Sequence record: OM319461.1
Strand: one strand, 5' to 3'
Length of the DNA: 64,000 bases
How positions within the stretch are numbered: the stretch's first letter is position 1; each line of letters opens with the position of its first letter. The notes under the pieces were generated by a model that did not search any database, was not told the origin of the DNA, and saw only the letters and a program-made list of their open reading frames with translations. Shown in pieces: positions 27,986-38,717 of this stretch. The translations under genes were made by a program, and so were the position numbers.

Positions 27986-30175
27986 TTAGCCTGCACGGCG
28001 GAAGCCGTATGGATTTGCATTTCCGTGACGCTTAAGTTTTTGTTTCTTAAGAGCCTTCGACAATGATTTATGTTCCGCTTGCTCTTGACGAGAACGAGAC
28101 ATAAGTTCTTCCATAACCTTATCGGCATCTGAATCATCAAGCTTGCGAGTAAGTTTTGCAATCTTCATTTCGGCAGTGCGACGAAGTATTTCATTACCTG
28201 CCACATCCAGTTGCTCTTTAAGGAAGTTGATTTGTTCCATAATCTGTTCTTGTTCTTTGCGGTGTGCAATTTCTTCTTTAGAAACTGTAGCACCTTGCTC
28301 AGATACAAGAGATTGAACTAGACCAGGCTCAATGCCATAGTAAGTCAAATGAATAGCTTTCGTAGCGAACCAGTGTCCCATTAGCCATGAGATTACCATA
28401 TCGTCATTGCCACCAACTTCGTGGTCGATACGGTTGTTACGAATAACAAGAGAACGAATCTGACGAGATAGGTCAGTAGAAGCAATAAGGTGACCGGTTG
28501 TCTTGGCTGCACGTTGGAATACTTCCCCGTATAGTGTTAGACGTGATTTGCCAGTCGTCATAAAACCAAATTTCTTCTTGTAACGCTCGTAGAACGATTC
28601 TGTTACTAACCCTTGGCGTTCACGTTCCTCTAGTTCTCTCCATGCCTTCTCGTTGACTGTGCGGTCATTTACGATGTAGTTAAACATTCTTCTGAATGGA
28701 TTGATACCCATAGCGATCATCTTGATTGCCAATGCATCAAAGATACCTTGTGCAGACATCTTGTTTTCCATGATGAGTGTAACGCGATCGTATGCAACCA
28801 ATAGACGGAATAACCAATCGTGGTAACGGTACAATGAACCTTCGTTGATATCTGAGGAAGCAATAACTTCCATTGTTTTCAGATCCATGATGGTCATTGA
28901 GTTCGCATCGAGTCCACTCATGTTCGCCGTATCGAGAGTCATTATATAACGACCTGTGGCCATACGTCGTGGAATCTCATCTTTAGGAATATACCAATGA
29001 AGCATGTAGCCTTCTTTGGATACTTCTGTGTATTGTGGGTCCCGTTCTGATTGTTGGATGATTTCCAACAGATGAGGATCTAGAGGTGACTCAGCAGAAC
29101 CAAAGGTCCACTTGTTTAAGTAATCTCGTTCCGCGTCCTCACGAGGACCACGGGCGTTCGCAATCTTGTTACGTAGCCATTCAATGGACTTGCCGATTTG
29201 TAGAGCAGAGAACGTACCATTGATCATCAAGATGTCTTTGTTGCGTGAGTTAACACGAACCATCTCTTTCGCAGACTCTTTGCCTGCACAATCAAGTAGC
29301 TTCTCATTCCAGTACATACCGTCATGAATAAGATCGTACATGTACTTACCTTCTTTCGAGTCTCGTTTACCAGCTGTTGTAGTAAACAAGTTCCCCATGA
29401 AGGTCCCGCGTTTCTCAGCCCAGTCACGTGCTGCACCGGTCGAACCAAGTGCTACCGGAAGACTGATTTCAATGTTAGGACAGAACGGACCCTCATCCAC
29501 CTGGATACAAGGTGAGGTAAGTCCACGACCAGCGTTGTGTGCTGCGTCTTTATCTTTCTGTGCTACTGATGTTAGGTATTCTGTACCCAATGCATTACAA
29601 GCCAAACGTTCTTGGTTGTCTGGGTCAACCCCAGGCTGGAAGAAGTTTAGATAGTCTGGCAATAGGTCACGGATTTCTTTTAGACGCTTAACGTTGGCAT
29701 TACGTAGCTTGTTCGAGTGAGTGAACAGCTGGATAACGGTGTTGTTACCTGCAATGTGCAATAACCAGTTGTTGAGTACGTCGGCCCCTACTGACTTACC
29801 ACACTGACGAGGCATGATGTTAGCATAGTCAAAGCCATTAAGGAAACACCACATCATTGCAACGTTGGCACGGTTAGCTAGATAAGGTGTCGGTTCCGGG
29901 GAACCAGAAACGGGAACGCGTGCAATTTCGCGTAGGTAATACCAAGGATTGTATTTTGTTTCGTCAGCAATCCTGATTTTCATTTCTAAAGATAGGTTAG
30001 GGTCAAACGGGTCAACGCCTTGTAATTCCGGCTGATAGAGGGCTAGCGGGAACATACAGTTAACAATACCCATCTGGCGATAAGTTTCTGCTAACTCTAA
30101 GAAGGACGTATTTGTCGTTTGGGTATCAACGATCGCTCGTGGATATCTTTGCCAATCGGACAAATAAAGAATCAT
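27986..30175 (-). CDS. terL: Terminase large subunit
   Basis: Walker A MPRQCGKS, Walker B IQVDEGPF, nuclease YIMTLDT and DDMVISWL. Confidence 0.92.
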   Translation of the reverse strand: MILYLSDWQRYPRAIVDTQTTNTSFLELAETYRQMGIVNCMFPLALYQPELQGVDPFDPNLSLEMKIRIADETKYNPWYYLREIARVPVSGSPEPTPYLANRANVAMMWCFLNGFDYANIMPRQCGKSVGADVLNNWLLHIAGNNTVIQLFTHSNKLRNANVKRLKEIRDLLPDYLNFFQPGVDPDNQERLACNALGTEYLTSVAQKDKDAAHNAGRGLTSPCIQVDEGPFCPNIEISLPVALGSTGAARDWAEKRGTFMGNLFTTTAGKRDSKEGKYMYDLIHDGMYWNEKLLDCAGKESAKEMVRVNSRNKDILMINGTFSALQIGKSIEWLRNKIANARGPREDAERDYLNKWTFGSAESPLDPHLLEIIQQSERDPQYTEVSKEGYMLHWYIPKDEIPRRMATGRYIMTLDTANMSGLDANSMTIMDLKTMEVIASSDINEGSLYRYHDWLFRLLVAYDRVTLIMENKMSAQGIFDALAIKMIAMGINPFRRMFNYIVNDRTVNEKAWRELEERERQGLVTESFYERYKKKFGFMTTGKSRLTLYGEVFQRAAKTTGHLIASTDLSRQIRSLVIRNNRIDHEVGGNDDMVISWLMGHWFATKAIHLTYYGIEPGLVQSLVSEQGATVSKEEIAHRKEQEQIMEQINFLKEQLDVAGNEILRRTAEMKIAKLTRKLDDSDADKVMEELMSRSRQEQAEHKSLSKALKKQKLKRHGNANPYGFRRAG

Positions 30176-30221
30176 GGGTTCTCCTAGAATATCTCTCCCT
30201 CCTTGGAGGGAGAGGTTATTA

Positions 30222-31883
30222 TTATACTAAGTCTGCTTCAGTCATTAGTGGACTGTGGCCCAACACGCCATATTCCGAACCGTCTCTGAACAACCAAACA
30301 ATCGTAACTGTTTTGTGTGGCTCAAAGGCAGGAATGCCGGAAAGCATATCGATCTCATCGTTCCAACGACCAACTTCGAAGATCTCTGATTCAAGTCCAT
30401 CATAAACATAACGGAAGTGTGTCGGAGTAACAGGCGCAACAAGTGCACTCGTATCGAAGATTGGTTCGATCGTATGGTAAAGCTGATGTAGCCAGTTATC
30501 GACAGAGCCACGGTCATTACCAAAGTGAATTCGGTTATTGCCGCGAACTGGTTGACCGATGCCCGGACCAATGGATGCTTGAGCATTAAGGCCAAAGCGG
30601 TTGTTGCCGTCGGTGTTGTAATCGATAACCCATGGGTCTTTCTCAAGAATGCCAGGCAGGTTAACCGTAAGCAGAATTCGCTCGGTGAATACAAAACCAG
30701 GATAAAGTCCAGGTGCTACCTTATCTAGTTCTAGCATACAGTCGAGGATCTGTTCCGCACCGTAGTTGGTAGGTTCAAATGTAACACCACCAGCTTTACG
30801 TACAACAACTGAATCCGTAACATCGATATCGACGTCACGCTCAACACTACAAAGACGGAAGTTGATTTTGTAACCACGTGCCACATCAATAAACTCAGGA
30901 ATCAAGTATAGTTTCAATCCGTATGAGTTTTCTTTGTAGATGTTTTGTAGACGATAGTGTTTAACGAGATGCGGTACCGTACCAACTGCATTGACGTAAG
31001 GTTCATTGCTGTCAGGGAAGTACATCAACGCGAACTGTTGTGGTTTGATTGCCTGAGTATAGTTAACATCAGACAAGCCACGTAGTACACACTTGTTACC
31101 ATCAATGTCAATTTCTTTTGATGTGCCATCTGCATAATGCAGGATAGCTTTTGTCAAAGAACTTGCAAATGGAATGTTCAAGTCGTTCTTAATCAATGTA
31201 CGATCGATAGGGTCGATCAAATCTGATTTGAGGCTGACACCCGTCAAGCTGTTGTCGTTCTGGCTGGCAGGTCGAATCGCCGCACTTTCTTCAACAACAA
31301 AAGTACGCTTACCGATTGGACGGTCGTCCTTGTTGAATACCACGCCAGTAACGAATTCGTTTTGGCGCAGAACAACTTTTGTGGTAAACGGCTTAGGTCT
31401 TTGAATTACGGAGCCAGGGTAGATCTCTTCCAGCTCTACCTTGTTGTCAACAATAGTATCGCCAACGTAAACCTGACTCACCACTGTACCGCCAGTGCTT
31501 ACATCCGTACCTTTAAAGAACACCATGTATTCACCCGCTGTGTCCATGATAGGATAACTTGTATCCACTACCATTTCATACGGGTTCTTTGTGGTATCGT
31601 AAAAGATAGGAGTTGTTAGTGATGGCTGGTATTCACTGATCGCCGTGATGATTGAATCGTTTTGAGCACTTAGACTTGGGTCTCGCTGCCATCTGAAAAG
31701 CAACTCGAGTTGTGGGATGCCGATATTGTCAACTACTACAACTGACCAAATGCCAGTTTCCAAGTTAACGACTAAGTCACCTACACTAGGCCAGACTTGG
31801 TGGCCTGTCTCCACGCCACCAAAATACATCTGGTCCCAAGACCATACTCGAAACCGTTGGTCTTCTGGTCTTAAAAGAGCCAT
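30222..31883 (-). CDS. Virion structural protein (phiKZ gp26-like)
   Basis: 553 aa, conserved order gp28-gp27-gp26-terminase. Confidence 0.7.
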   Translation of the reverse strand: MALLRPEDQRFRVWSWDQMYFGGVETGHQVWPSVGDLVVNLETGIWSVVVVDNIGIPQLELLFRWQRDPSLSAQNDSIITAISEYQPSLTTPIFYDTTKNPYEMVVDTSYPIMDTAGEYMVFFKGTDVSTGGTVVSQVYVGDTIVDNKVELEEIYPGSVIQRPKPFTTKVVLRQNEFVTGVVFNKDDRPIGKRTFVVEESAAIRPASQNDNSLTGVSLKSDLIDPIDRTLIKNDLNIPFASSLTKAILHYADGTSKEIDIDGNKCVLRGLSDVNYTQAIKPQQFALMYFPDSNEPYVNAVGTVPHLVKHYRLQNIYKENSYGLKLYLIPEFIDVARGYKINFRLCSVERDVDIDVTDSVVVRKAGGVTFEPTNYGAEQILDCMLELDKVAPGLYPGFVFTERILLTVNLPGILEKDPWVIDYNTDGNNRFGLNAQASIGPGIGQPVRGNNRIHFGNDRGSVDNWLHQLYHTIEPIFDTSALVAPVTPTHFRYVYDGLESEIFEVGRWNDEIDMLSGIPAFEPHKTVTIVWLFRDGSEYGVLGHSPLMTEADLV

Positions 31884-31894
31884 TGGTTTTTCCT

Positions 31895-34540
31895 CTATAG
31901 GTTATTGTAGATTTTCTTCGTGGCATGCAGACGCATGTCTTCGTGGAAGTTATCTACTGTGTTCGCGTCACCGATGTCAAGGTATTGTGGTAAAACACAA
32001 CGACCATTCAAATAAAGACGGTTGACGATGTCAATGAATTGGTGTTCAGCAACAGTAACACCTATACGAGCACGACCACCGTGTGCTGCTACTTCGATGT
32101 ACGTGTGCTCTAGGGCTTTGTTACTGATGTCGATATCGAGTAGTTCTCGATAAGGCTGGAACTTAACTGCCGCTGCTAGGTCCGATAAACCAACATCTGG
32201 AATAACGAGTCGACCAGTAAGGATATCATCGATGATTGTCCTAAGAACAATACTCACCACAGTATGCTTGACTTCTATGACAACAGGAGGTAACTTCGAA
32301 GTATCCGGAGATGGATAGTACTCATCCAGTGCAAGTCTAGCAAACTCGTCAGTCTGTAGGGCCTCTGTTTGAGTTTCGGTAATTGCCTCGATGTCTTCTA
32401 GTCCCATGTGGTTTGTATGGTCATCGATGCCAAACAAAGCACCTTCACGATAACTAGAGTCTAAGCGATCATTAAAGTTATGTGCTAACTTGTAACCAGA
32501 GTCAAAAACTACTTTGTTTTCATCTACCAAGCGACCGTTGACAATGAAGTCACGGTTTCTATGGAGCAGTGGACGGAAACCATTTTTGGTGGTAATCAAA
32601 CCACGCTCGATGAAACCAACTTCTGGATCAGCGTTAAAGTTAGGAGCACCATGGGCCAAGATAATAACTTTGTTCTCGCCGCCTTTGTCTGCATATTCGA
32701 CACTGTTGATGTAAACCTGAGGAAAACGAATTTCGTAATCCACACCATAAACCAACATACGGTTATTCAAAAAGACATAGTAGTGACCGAAGTCCAAACC
32801 AGTATACGTCGTACTGTAGTCATCGAACATGTCCAATGGCTTACCCAGATCAACCGAGTCGATCGAGTATTCACGGTAAACGTAGTGGTCTGCTACACGC
32901 TTGCGTCGCTCATAGTTAAGAAACGCAGAGTTCCAGTTGGCCTTACCATCTTTTAAAAAGAAGTCTTTGCCTAGTCGCGCCATTGTCCAAACTTTGTTGT
33001 TTGGAGATTTATAATAGCGTTCTTCGTACCATGTAGTTACTGGATCGTCAATGTAATCGGAAAACTGATCTAGATCAGAAGCACTGAATACCTGCTTGCC
33101 AGGAATGGTACGAATCAAGTCAACCTCTGCGTCAGGGTAGTAACGCAACTGAATGTGTCTATCCACCCACGGTTTAACTCGAAGCAAAATGCCTTCCTTA
33201 TCAAACTCAAGTAGTAGCCCGCCATCAACCATCGAAGGAGGAATGCGGAAAATACCATCTCGGATTTTGTAAGGCTGATTAGAGTAGTATTGGTTTCCGT
33301 AGAAATTAAAGATGTTTTTCAGTGGGTAATCCCATTGCTTCAGTGTAAATGCAAACTGCATAAAATCAGAAGCTTCTAGGTTAGCCGCCGTCCAATGATC
33401 AAACTCAGCTGACTCCAGTCCCTTAAGAATACGAATGCGTTTATCATGAGGGATAATAAAGAAGTCATGGAGATTTAATCCATCTTTAAACAGGAACTCA
33501 GGACGATCCGGTTCTCTTAGAATCATGCGGATTTTCGTGTTACCGAAATCATCTACAAAACCATGAGATTGGAAAAGCTCGATTAGATACTTTTCATCCA
33601 TCGAGTAATCGTTCGTGGTTACGTTGCGGATGTCACCGATTTTGGCTTTTGGAATGTAGACGCCTTTGTCATTGGCAGGAGTAGTCTTTTGATCCTCGAC
33701 CAAAAGAAACTCAATGTCGTCATTCCATTGGATGCCCAATCTTAATTCTTCTGGTACGGGCAATAAAAGTTTGCGTCGACCAACATCAAGTTCGGAAAAG
33801 AAGTAATGGGCCCCTTTCAAATCAATGTCGAAACATTCTCGAATGGAACTGTCGTGATAGATGTTAAAGCAATCACCTGTCCGAATTTCAGGAACATTAG
33901 GATTCGTAACATAGTAACCATTACGAAAGATCATGATTTGTTCAGCAGGATAAGCTGTCGCGTACTCGTTATATTTTGATATGACTTCACCACCTGTAAA
34001 ATCATCACCAACGACACCACTAAAGGAACGAATGCCTATAGCCTCTTTACCTGCTTTTGTAGTAAAGAACCACGCGTTGGAGTAGAAACGAATTACAAGA
34101 TCTTGTTTGAAGTCATAAGTCCCTTTAAGGTTGTCGATTTCTACAGCAAAGAATAAAGCGCCGGTTTCAATGCGGCGCAACCACACCTTCGTTAAAGGAA
34201 GTAGTCTCTGCTGGATGTATGGAAACGCTAACATGTCTTCACCTTGCACAACGTCCTCAAGACGCTGCCAAGATAATAAACTGTGATCTTCAATACCTAG
34301 TCGTTTAGACCATGTCCCACCAAGAGAATAATAAACAAAGTATTTATCAGCTACTGGTTTGGCCAGGTTAATGTAAGGAAGATCTAGGTTTCCTCGTGTG
34401 CCGCGTGCCGGAGAAAGGCGGGTTAGTTTAAACACCGCCTGTCTATCTTCAGCCTGGTTGGCCCACATCAAATCGATTGCTGCATTTCGAACAACCGTTT
34501 GAACAAGGTTAGCCACGGGCAATTGCCTTGTGCACGCCAA
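31895..34540 (-). CDS. Baseplate/virion structural protein (phiKZ gp27-like)
   Basis: 881 aa, synteny. Confidence 0.7.
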   Translation of the reverse strand: MACTRQLPVANLVQTVVRNAAIDLMWANQAEDRQAVFKLTRLSPARGTRGNLDLPYINLAKPVADKYFVYYSLGGTWSKRLGIEDHSLLSWQRLEDVVQGEDMLAFPYIQQRLLPLTKVWLRRIETGALFFAVEIDNLKGTYDFKQDLVIRFYSNAWFFTTKAGKEAIGIRSFSGVVGDDFTGGEVISKYNEYATAYPAEQIMIFRNGYYVTNPNVPEIRTGDCFNIYHDSSIRECFDIDLKGAHYFFSELDVGRRKLLLPVPEELRLGIQWNDDIEFLLVEDQKTTPANDKGVYIPKAKIGDIRNVTTNDYSMDEKYLIELFQSHGFVDDFGNTKIRMILREPDRPEFLFKDGLNLHDFFIIPHDKRIRILKGLESAEFDHWTAANLEASDFMQFAFTLKQWDYPLKNIFNFYGNQYYSNQPYKIRDGIFRIPPSMVDGGLLLEFDKEGILLRVKPWVDRHIQLRYYPDAEVDLIRTIPGKQVFSASDLDQFSDYIDDPVTTWYEERYYKSPNNKVWTMARLGKDFFLKDGKANWNSAFLNYERRKRVADHYVYREYSIDSVDLGKPLDMFDDYSTTYTGLDFGHYYVFLNNRMLVYGVDYEIRFPQVYINSVEYADKGGENKVIILAHGAPNFNADPEVGFIERGLITTKNGFRPLLHRNRDFIVNGRLVDENKVVFDSGYKLAHNFNDRLDSSYREGALFGIDDHTNHMGLEDIEAITETQTEALQTDEFARLALDEYYPSPDTSKLPPVVIEVKHTVVSIVLRTIIDDILTGRLVIPDVGLSDLAAAVKFQPYRELLDIDISNKALEHTYIEVAAHGGRARIGVTVAEHQFIDIVNRLYLNGRCVLPQYLDIGDANTVDNFHEDMRLHATKKIYNNL

Positions 34541-35450
34541 GTACGTCGATACGTTTGCGTTTCTGTGTCTCTACTGCTTGACCGATACGAGAACGACGGT
34601 AAAGAGGAGTTACAGATGCAATAGCTATCATCGATGTAAGGATGGCAGGATGTTGCACAGCGTTCATAGAAAGCATCGCAGCATTGTCACCCATCCAGCT
34701 ATTGGTGGATAGCGTAGCCATTGTAGCGCCATCTAGAGTAATCGCTTTTGTGTCCACGATCATGTTCATTGCACGACACATGATGTCAAGTGAACTTCCG
34801 TGAAGACCACGACCATAGCCGAAGGCATCGTTAAGTGCTTCGATAACAACTGGTAGGTTGTCACCTTCAAAAATAGAATTAACAACAATCGATGCTGTGT
34901 TTAGTCGAGAAGTTAATAGTCGACGATAGCCATTGATTAGCTCTTCGGTTTCTGTGCCTGGTTCACCTTGAGAGGTGATTGCACAATACATGTACAAACC
35001 AAACAACAATTCAAATTGTGCTTGTTGAACCGGAGTTAAAGATGCGTTAGTGCGAAGTAAACCGCCGACCCAATCCATATACACTGAAACAAGAGGTAAA
35101 CGAATACCAGTATAAATAGAAGGTTCTTCATACCAAACTCTCACTGCACGTGCACGTTCTACTGCTAAATTGTATTGCACAGGGTTGTGTCTACGGTTCG
35201 CATTTTCGTATGGACGAGCATCGATGATGTAAATAGTTTCACTGCCGACTTTCATATCAATGACCATGTTCCAGTTTGGAATTTCACTGTCTTTGATGTC
35301 TGGTCGAACTTTGTAAAGTTTGAAGTCTGAAACTTCAGGAACAGGGATAAACATCCCGTTGTCTAGCATGAGTGCCTCTTCGGCCATGCGCTTGACCTCG
35401 GCGATTTGTTTGCCGAAAGCAGAGTTCACTCGTGTAGTAAGAACATTCAT
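34509..35450 (-). CDS. Virion structural protein (phiKZ gp28-like)
   Basis: 313 aa, divergent from the sheath gene as in phiKZ. Confidence 0.65.
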   Translation of the reverse strand: MNVLTTRVNSAFGKQIAEVKRMAEEALMLDNGMFIPVPEVSDFKLYKVRPDIKDSEIPNWNMVIDMKVGSETIYIIDARPYENANRRHNPVQYNLAVERARAVRVWYEEPSIYTGIRLPLVSVYMDWVGGLLRTNASLTPVQQAQFELLFGLYMYCAITSQGEPGTETEELINGYRRLLTSRLNTASIVVNSIFEGDNLPVVIEALNDAFGYGRGLHGSSLDIMCRAMNMIVDTKAITLDGATMATLSTNSWMGDNAAMLSMNAVQHPAILTSMIAIASVTPLYRRSRIGQAVETQKRKRIDVLGVHKAIARG

Positions 35451-35668
35451 TTTTGTTCTCCTGGGTTAAAATCAAAATAAGCTTATTTGTTTAGGATGTT
35501 TTTTGTAACCTAGATCAATCCAATTGTATAGGTCTTGTCCCCGTTTCAGCTTAGGCTTAGGAGACAGGGACATCCTATTCGATTCGTCCTAAGCGTTTCG
35601 AATCTGCTGAGAAGCAGAGGTTTAAATTTAAACGAAATACCTCAAATAGAATTCTAGAGGAAACAATA

Positions 35669-37699
35669 ATGGCACAATTTACTTTAGCTACGCCACGCGC
35701 ATACTTGGATGGTTTCAAGGATGAGTCAATCGGCGAAACTCCAGTAGAACTTCAAGCCATCCCACAAAACTGTCCGCTTTACTTTATCATGGCTCCAAAA
35801 GGCCGTGCTGGTATTCAGTTTGGTGCAGGTGCTCACCTTACAAAAATGTACGGTAGCAAGGCGTTTGAAGAAACAAGTAAGTTCTACTCTCACCAAACTC
35901 ATTTGATGACAACGACTACTGGCGCAGGTCAGCTTGTTGCAACAAAACGTTTGTTCGCTGACGACGCTCGTGCTCCGGTAATCTGTATCGGTGTAGAAGT
36001 TGTTGAAAACGAAAACGTAGTTTGGGAACTATTGCCTAACGGTCAATACAAACTAGATATCAACGGCAAGCGTGTTGATTCAGGTACAACTCAAATGGGT
36101 TACCTGGCACGTGTTGTTCGCATGACTGGCGTTGATATGTACAACTGGAACAAGCAAGTCGTAAGTGACGGCACTTGGACTGGTAGCACAGGTAAGACTT
36201 CTAAGATCTACCCTGTAATGGCATTCATCGGCGAAGTCGGCGAAGACGGTAACAACGTTGGTTTCCGTCTATCTCAAGAAAGCTCTCTTTCTGCACAGCC
36301 TTCTTCTCTGTTTGCACAACGCGATCAAGAAGCAATCCTTTACCGCTTCTCTTGGATGAAGCGCGCTAAAGTTGGTGCAACTCCGGTGATCCAAAAATCA
36401 CTTTTGTCTGCTGACTCAATTGACTTCAGCTTCAAGCCTGGCATGACAAACATCAAGACCAACCAAGTTTACGATTACCGTAAGCTTCAAACACAGTGGG
36501 AAGATACTACCGCAGGTAATATCCCTCGCTTCGGTCCTGTACAGAATGTACATTTCTACAATGCATTTATCGACCAACTACAAGAGCTGCTTTACGCAGC
36601 AGAATCTGCGGTAGCTGGTACTAAGGTAAAAGCTAAAGAAGAAATGAACATCTTCGGTGAGCTAGATTACGAAGGTCGTGCTTACTCTACTCTTCAAGCT
36701 GGTCCTGTTGTAGACAACAGCCTAGTTATGGATGGTATCACAACTAATTACCTACAAGGTGGTCTAGACGGTACTGTTTCTGAAGAGAAACTAGATGAGC
36801 TTGTTAAAGCTTACCTAGAGGGCGACTGGAATGATTCAGAAGAACCTTTGAACTCTTGGGCAGATTACCCATTCAGTGGTCTTCAAGATTCAGGCTTCTC
36901 ACTAGAAACCAAATACGCTTTCCTTGACTGCATGTCTAAGCGTGACGACATCACTGTTGACGTTTGTACGTTTATTGCAGCTGAGCCTGAAAATGATTTG
37001 GCTACTGAACTGGCAATCGGCCAAGCACTTGTTGCTCGTGGTCTATTGAACCCAGAGTCAATCATTCACGGTACACAAGCATGTCGCTTTAGTGTTTGGG
37101 GCTCTGAGGGTCAAGCAGCATCGTCTATCTATGGTCGTCGTTGTTCTTCATTCGTTGACGTGGCGAAGAAATTCGCTGAGTTCGGCGGTGCAGGTTCTGG
37201 TTTCCTTAACGCACAGCGTGACTACACAGATCGTACTCGTAACTCTGTTTCAGAAGTTGTTAAGCTTACTCATACGTTTAAGCCTGACGAGCTACAAGAT
37301 CAATTCTGGGCAACTGGTATTAACTACCCTCAGAAACGTTCTATGTCTGATGTATTCTGGGCAGCATACCAAACTGGCTACGAAGAAGATACGTCTGTAC
37401 TTAACGGTCGTCAATACGTTAACATCCTAACGTACTTGAAACGTCTAGCACGTTACCACTGGTCTATCAACACAGGTTCTACTGGCCTGACAGAAGACCA
37501 ATTCAAGTTGCGTTCTGATGATGACTGGGCTGAACTGATCGAAGGTCGTTTTGCTGGTAAGATGGTAATTAGCGGTACAACCGTTATTACTCCAGACGAC
37601 AGTCTACGTGGCTTCTCTTGGGCGCTGGACATCAATGCAGCTGCGGATCCAATGCGTACTGTTGGCCAATACAACATTACCGTTAACCGCCTTTCCTAA
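35669..37699 (+). CDS. Tail sheath protein (phiKZ gp29-like)
   Basis: 676 aa; ATPRAYLDGFKDES start; C-terminal sheath-like fold region; followed by the tube gene. Confidence 0.85.
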   Translation: MAQFTLATPRAYLDGFKDESIGETPVELQAIPQNCPLYFIMAPKGRAGIQFGAGAHLTKMYGSKAFEETSKFYSHQTHLMTTTTGAGQLVATKRLFADDARAPVICIGVEVVENENVVWELLPNGQYKLDINGKRVDSGTTQMGYLARVVRMTGVDMYNWNKQVVSDGTWTGSTGKTSKIYPVMAFIGEVGEDGNNVGFRLSQESSLSAQPSSLFAQRDQEAILYRFSWMKRAKVGATPVIQKSLLSADSIDFSFKPGMTNIKTNQVYDYRKLQTQWEDTTAGNIPRFGPVQNVHFYNAFIDQLQELLYAAESAVAGTKVKAKEEMNIFGELDYEGRAYSTLQAGPVVDNSLVMDGITTNYLQGGLDGTVSEEKLDELVKAYLEGDWNDSEEPLNSWADYPFSGLQDSGFSLETKYAFLDCMSKRDDITVDVCTFIAAEPENDLATELAIGQALVARGLLNPESIIHGTQACRFSVWGSEGQAASSIYGRRCSSFVDVAKKFAEFGGAGSGFLNAQRDYTDRTRNSVSEVVKLTHTFKPDELQDQFWATGINYPQKRSMSDVFWAAYQTGYEEDTSVLNGRQYVNILTYLKRLARYHWSINTGSTGLTEDQFKLRSDDDWAELIEGRFAGKMVISGTTVITPDDSLRGFSWALDINAAADPMRTVGQYNITVNRLS

Positions 37700-37753
37700 T
37701 GCGAGGGGCCTAGCCCCTCTCTAAAAAGCTTAGTTAAATAGAGGAAACCCAAA

Positions 37754-38620
37754 ATGGCTGAAGCACTTTTGAATGCCGAGAACCCGCTATCTGCACATAC
37801 TCGTGTGATGGATATCAGTACTGGTTCTCAGCTAGGTCACATGCAAGACCCAGAGAACTGGACTAAGGCCGCATTCTACATGCGACCACAAGTTATGCCA
37901 GTTCTTTTGCAGGCTCCACTTGGTTTTAAGTGGTTGCCAGACGGCGCTGGTATGACCAAGCGTCTTAAAGCTTTGGTGGAAACCAAGGCAAAATCAATCA
38001 CCGGTCTAAACTCAACACTTACTGCTGAGTTTGAAGAGATCCAGGTTAGTAAGTCAGGTGAAATGCATCAGACGCTAACAAAGGTAAGTCGTGAACGTTC
38101 TAATCCGAACTTTGTTTGGAACGAATACCGCGGTATGCCTATCTACAAAGACTTGTCTCGCTGGATGATTGATCTAATGGAAGATCCGATGACTGGAGCT
38201 CCTGGTGTAATCAAGTACCAAGCTTATGCTGACGACGGTTACCCTGAACTGCTTGATCATCTGACTTCTATGATTGTGTTGTTCATTCAACCGAACCACA
38301 ACCTAACTGGCGTTGACTTCGCGTACCTATGTTCTAACATGAAACCAATTTCGATTCCTAACGAAGCGGCATTGGAGTACGGCACGGCACGTACAGCTGT
38401 AGAGCACGCAATTGACTTTACTGCACTTACACTAACAAGTGACCAAGTTGTAGCAGTTGCTGATCTAGCTAAAGCGTACCTAGATTCGATCAATAAGCAA
38501 GGTTACTCTCCGGCAGCACTTAAGCCGTTCATCTCTCAAATCAACCCTGATCTGATGGAAGACGCAACAGGTGGTGTAGGTCTACGTGGCGGCGCTCAAG
38601 CCGTAGCTGACAACCTTTAA
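37754..38620 (+). CDS. Tail tube protein (phiKZ gp30-like)
   Basis: 288 aa, LLQAPLGF and ERSNPNFVWNEY motifs, directly after the sheath. Confidence 0.8.
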   Translation: MAEALLNAENPLSAHTRVMDISTGSQLGHMQDPENWTKAAFYMRPQVMPVLLQAPLGFKWLPDGAGMTKRLKALVETKAKSITGLNSTLTAEFEEIQVSKSGEMHQTLTKVSRERSNPNFVWNEYRGMPIYKDLSRWMIDLMEDPMTGAPGVIKYQAYADDGYPELLDHLTSMIVLFIQPNHNLTGVDFAYLCSNMKPISIPNEAALEYGTARTAVEHAIDFTALTLTSDQVVAVADLAKAYLDSINKQGYSPAALKPFISQINPDLMEDATGGVGLRGGAQAVADNL

Positions 38621-38717
38621 TCTTGCCACGGGCTAGCTGTTCGCTAGCAACGTTGGTGAAAAAAAAAATAAGACAAGATAGCCCTCCTGCCCGAAGGCAG
38701 GAGGGTGTCTTTATTTT

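Noticed and set aside
9940-30175. Inteins in the DNA polymerase or terminase
   Set aside because: Lengths are typical, and no C/S...HN-C/S/T splice motifs or LAGLIDADG blocks were seen.
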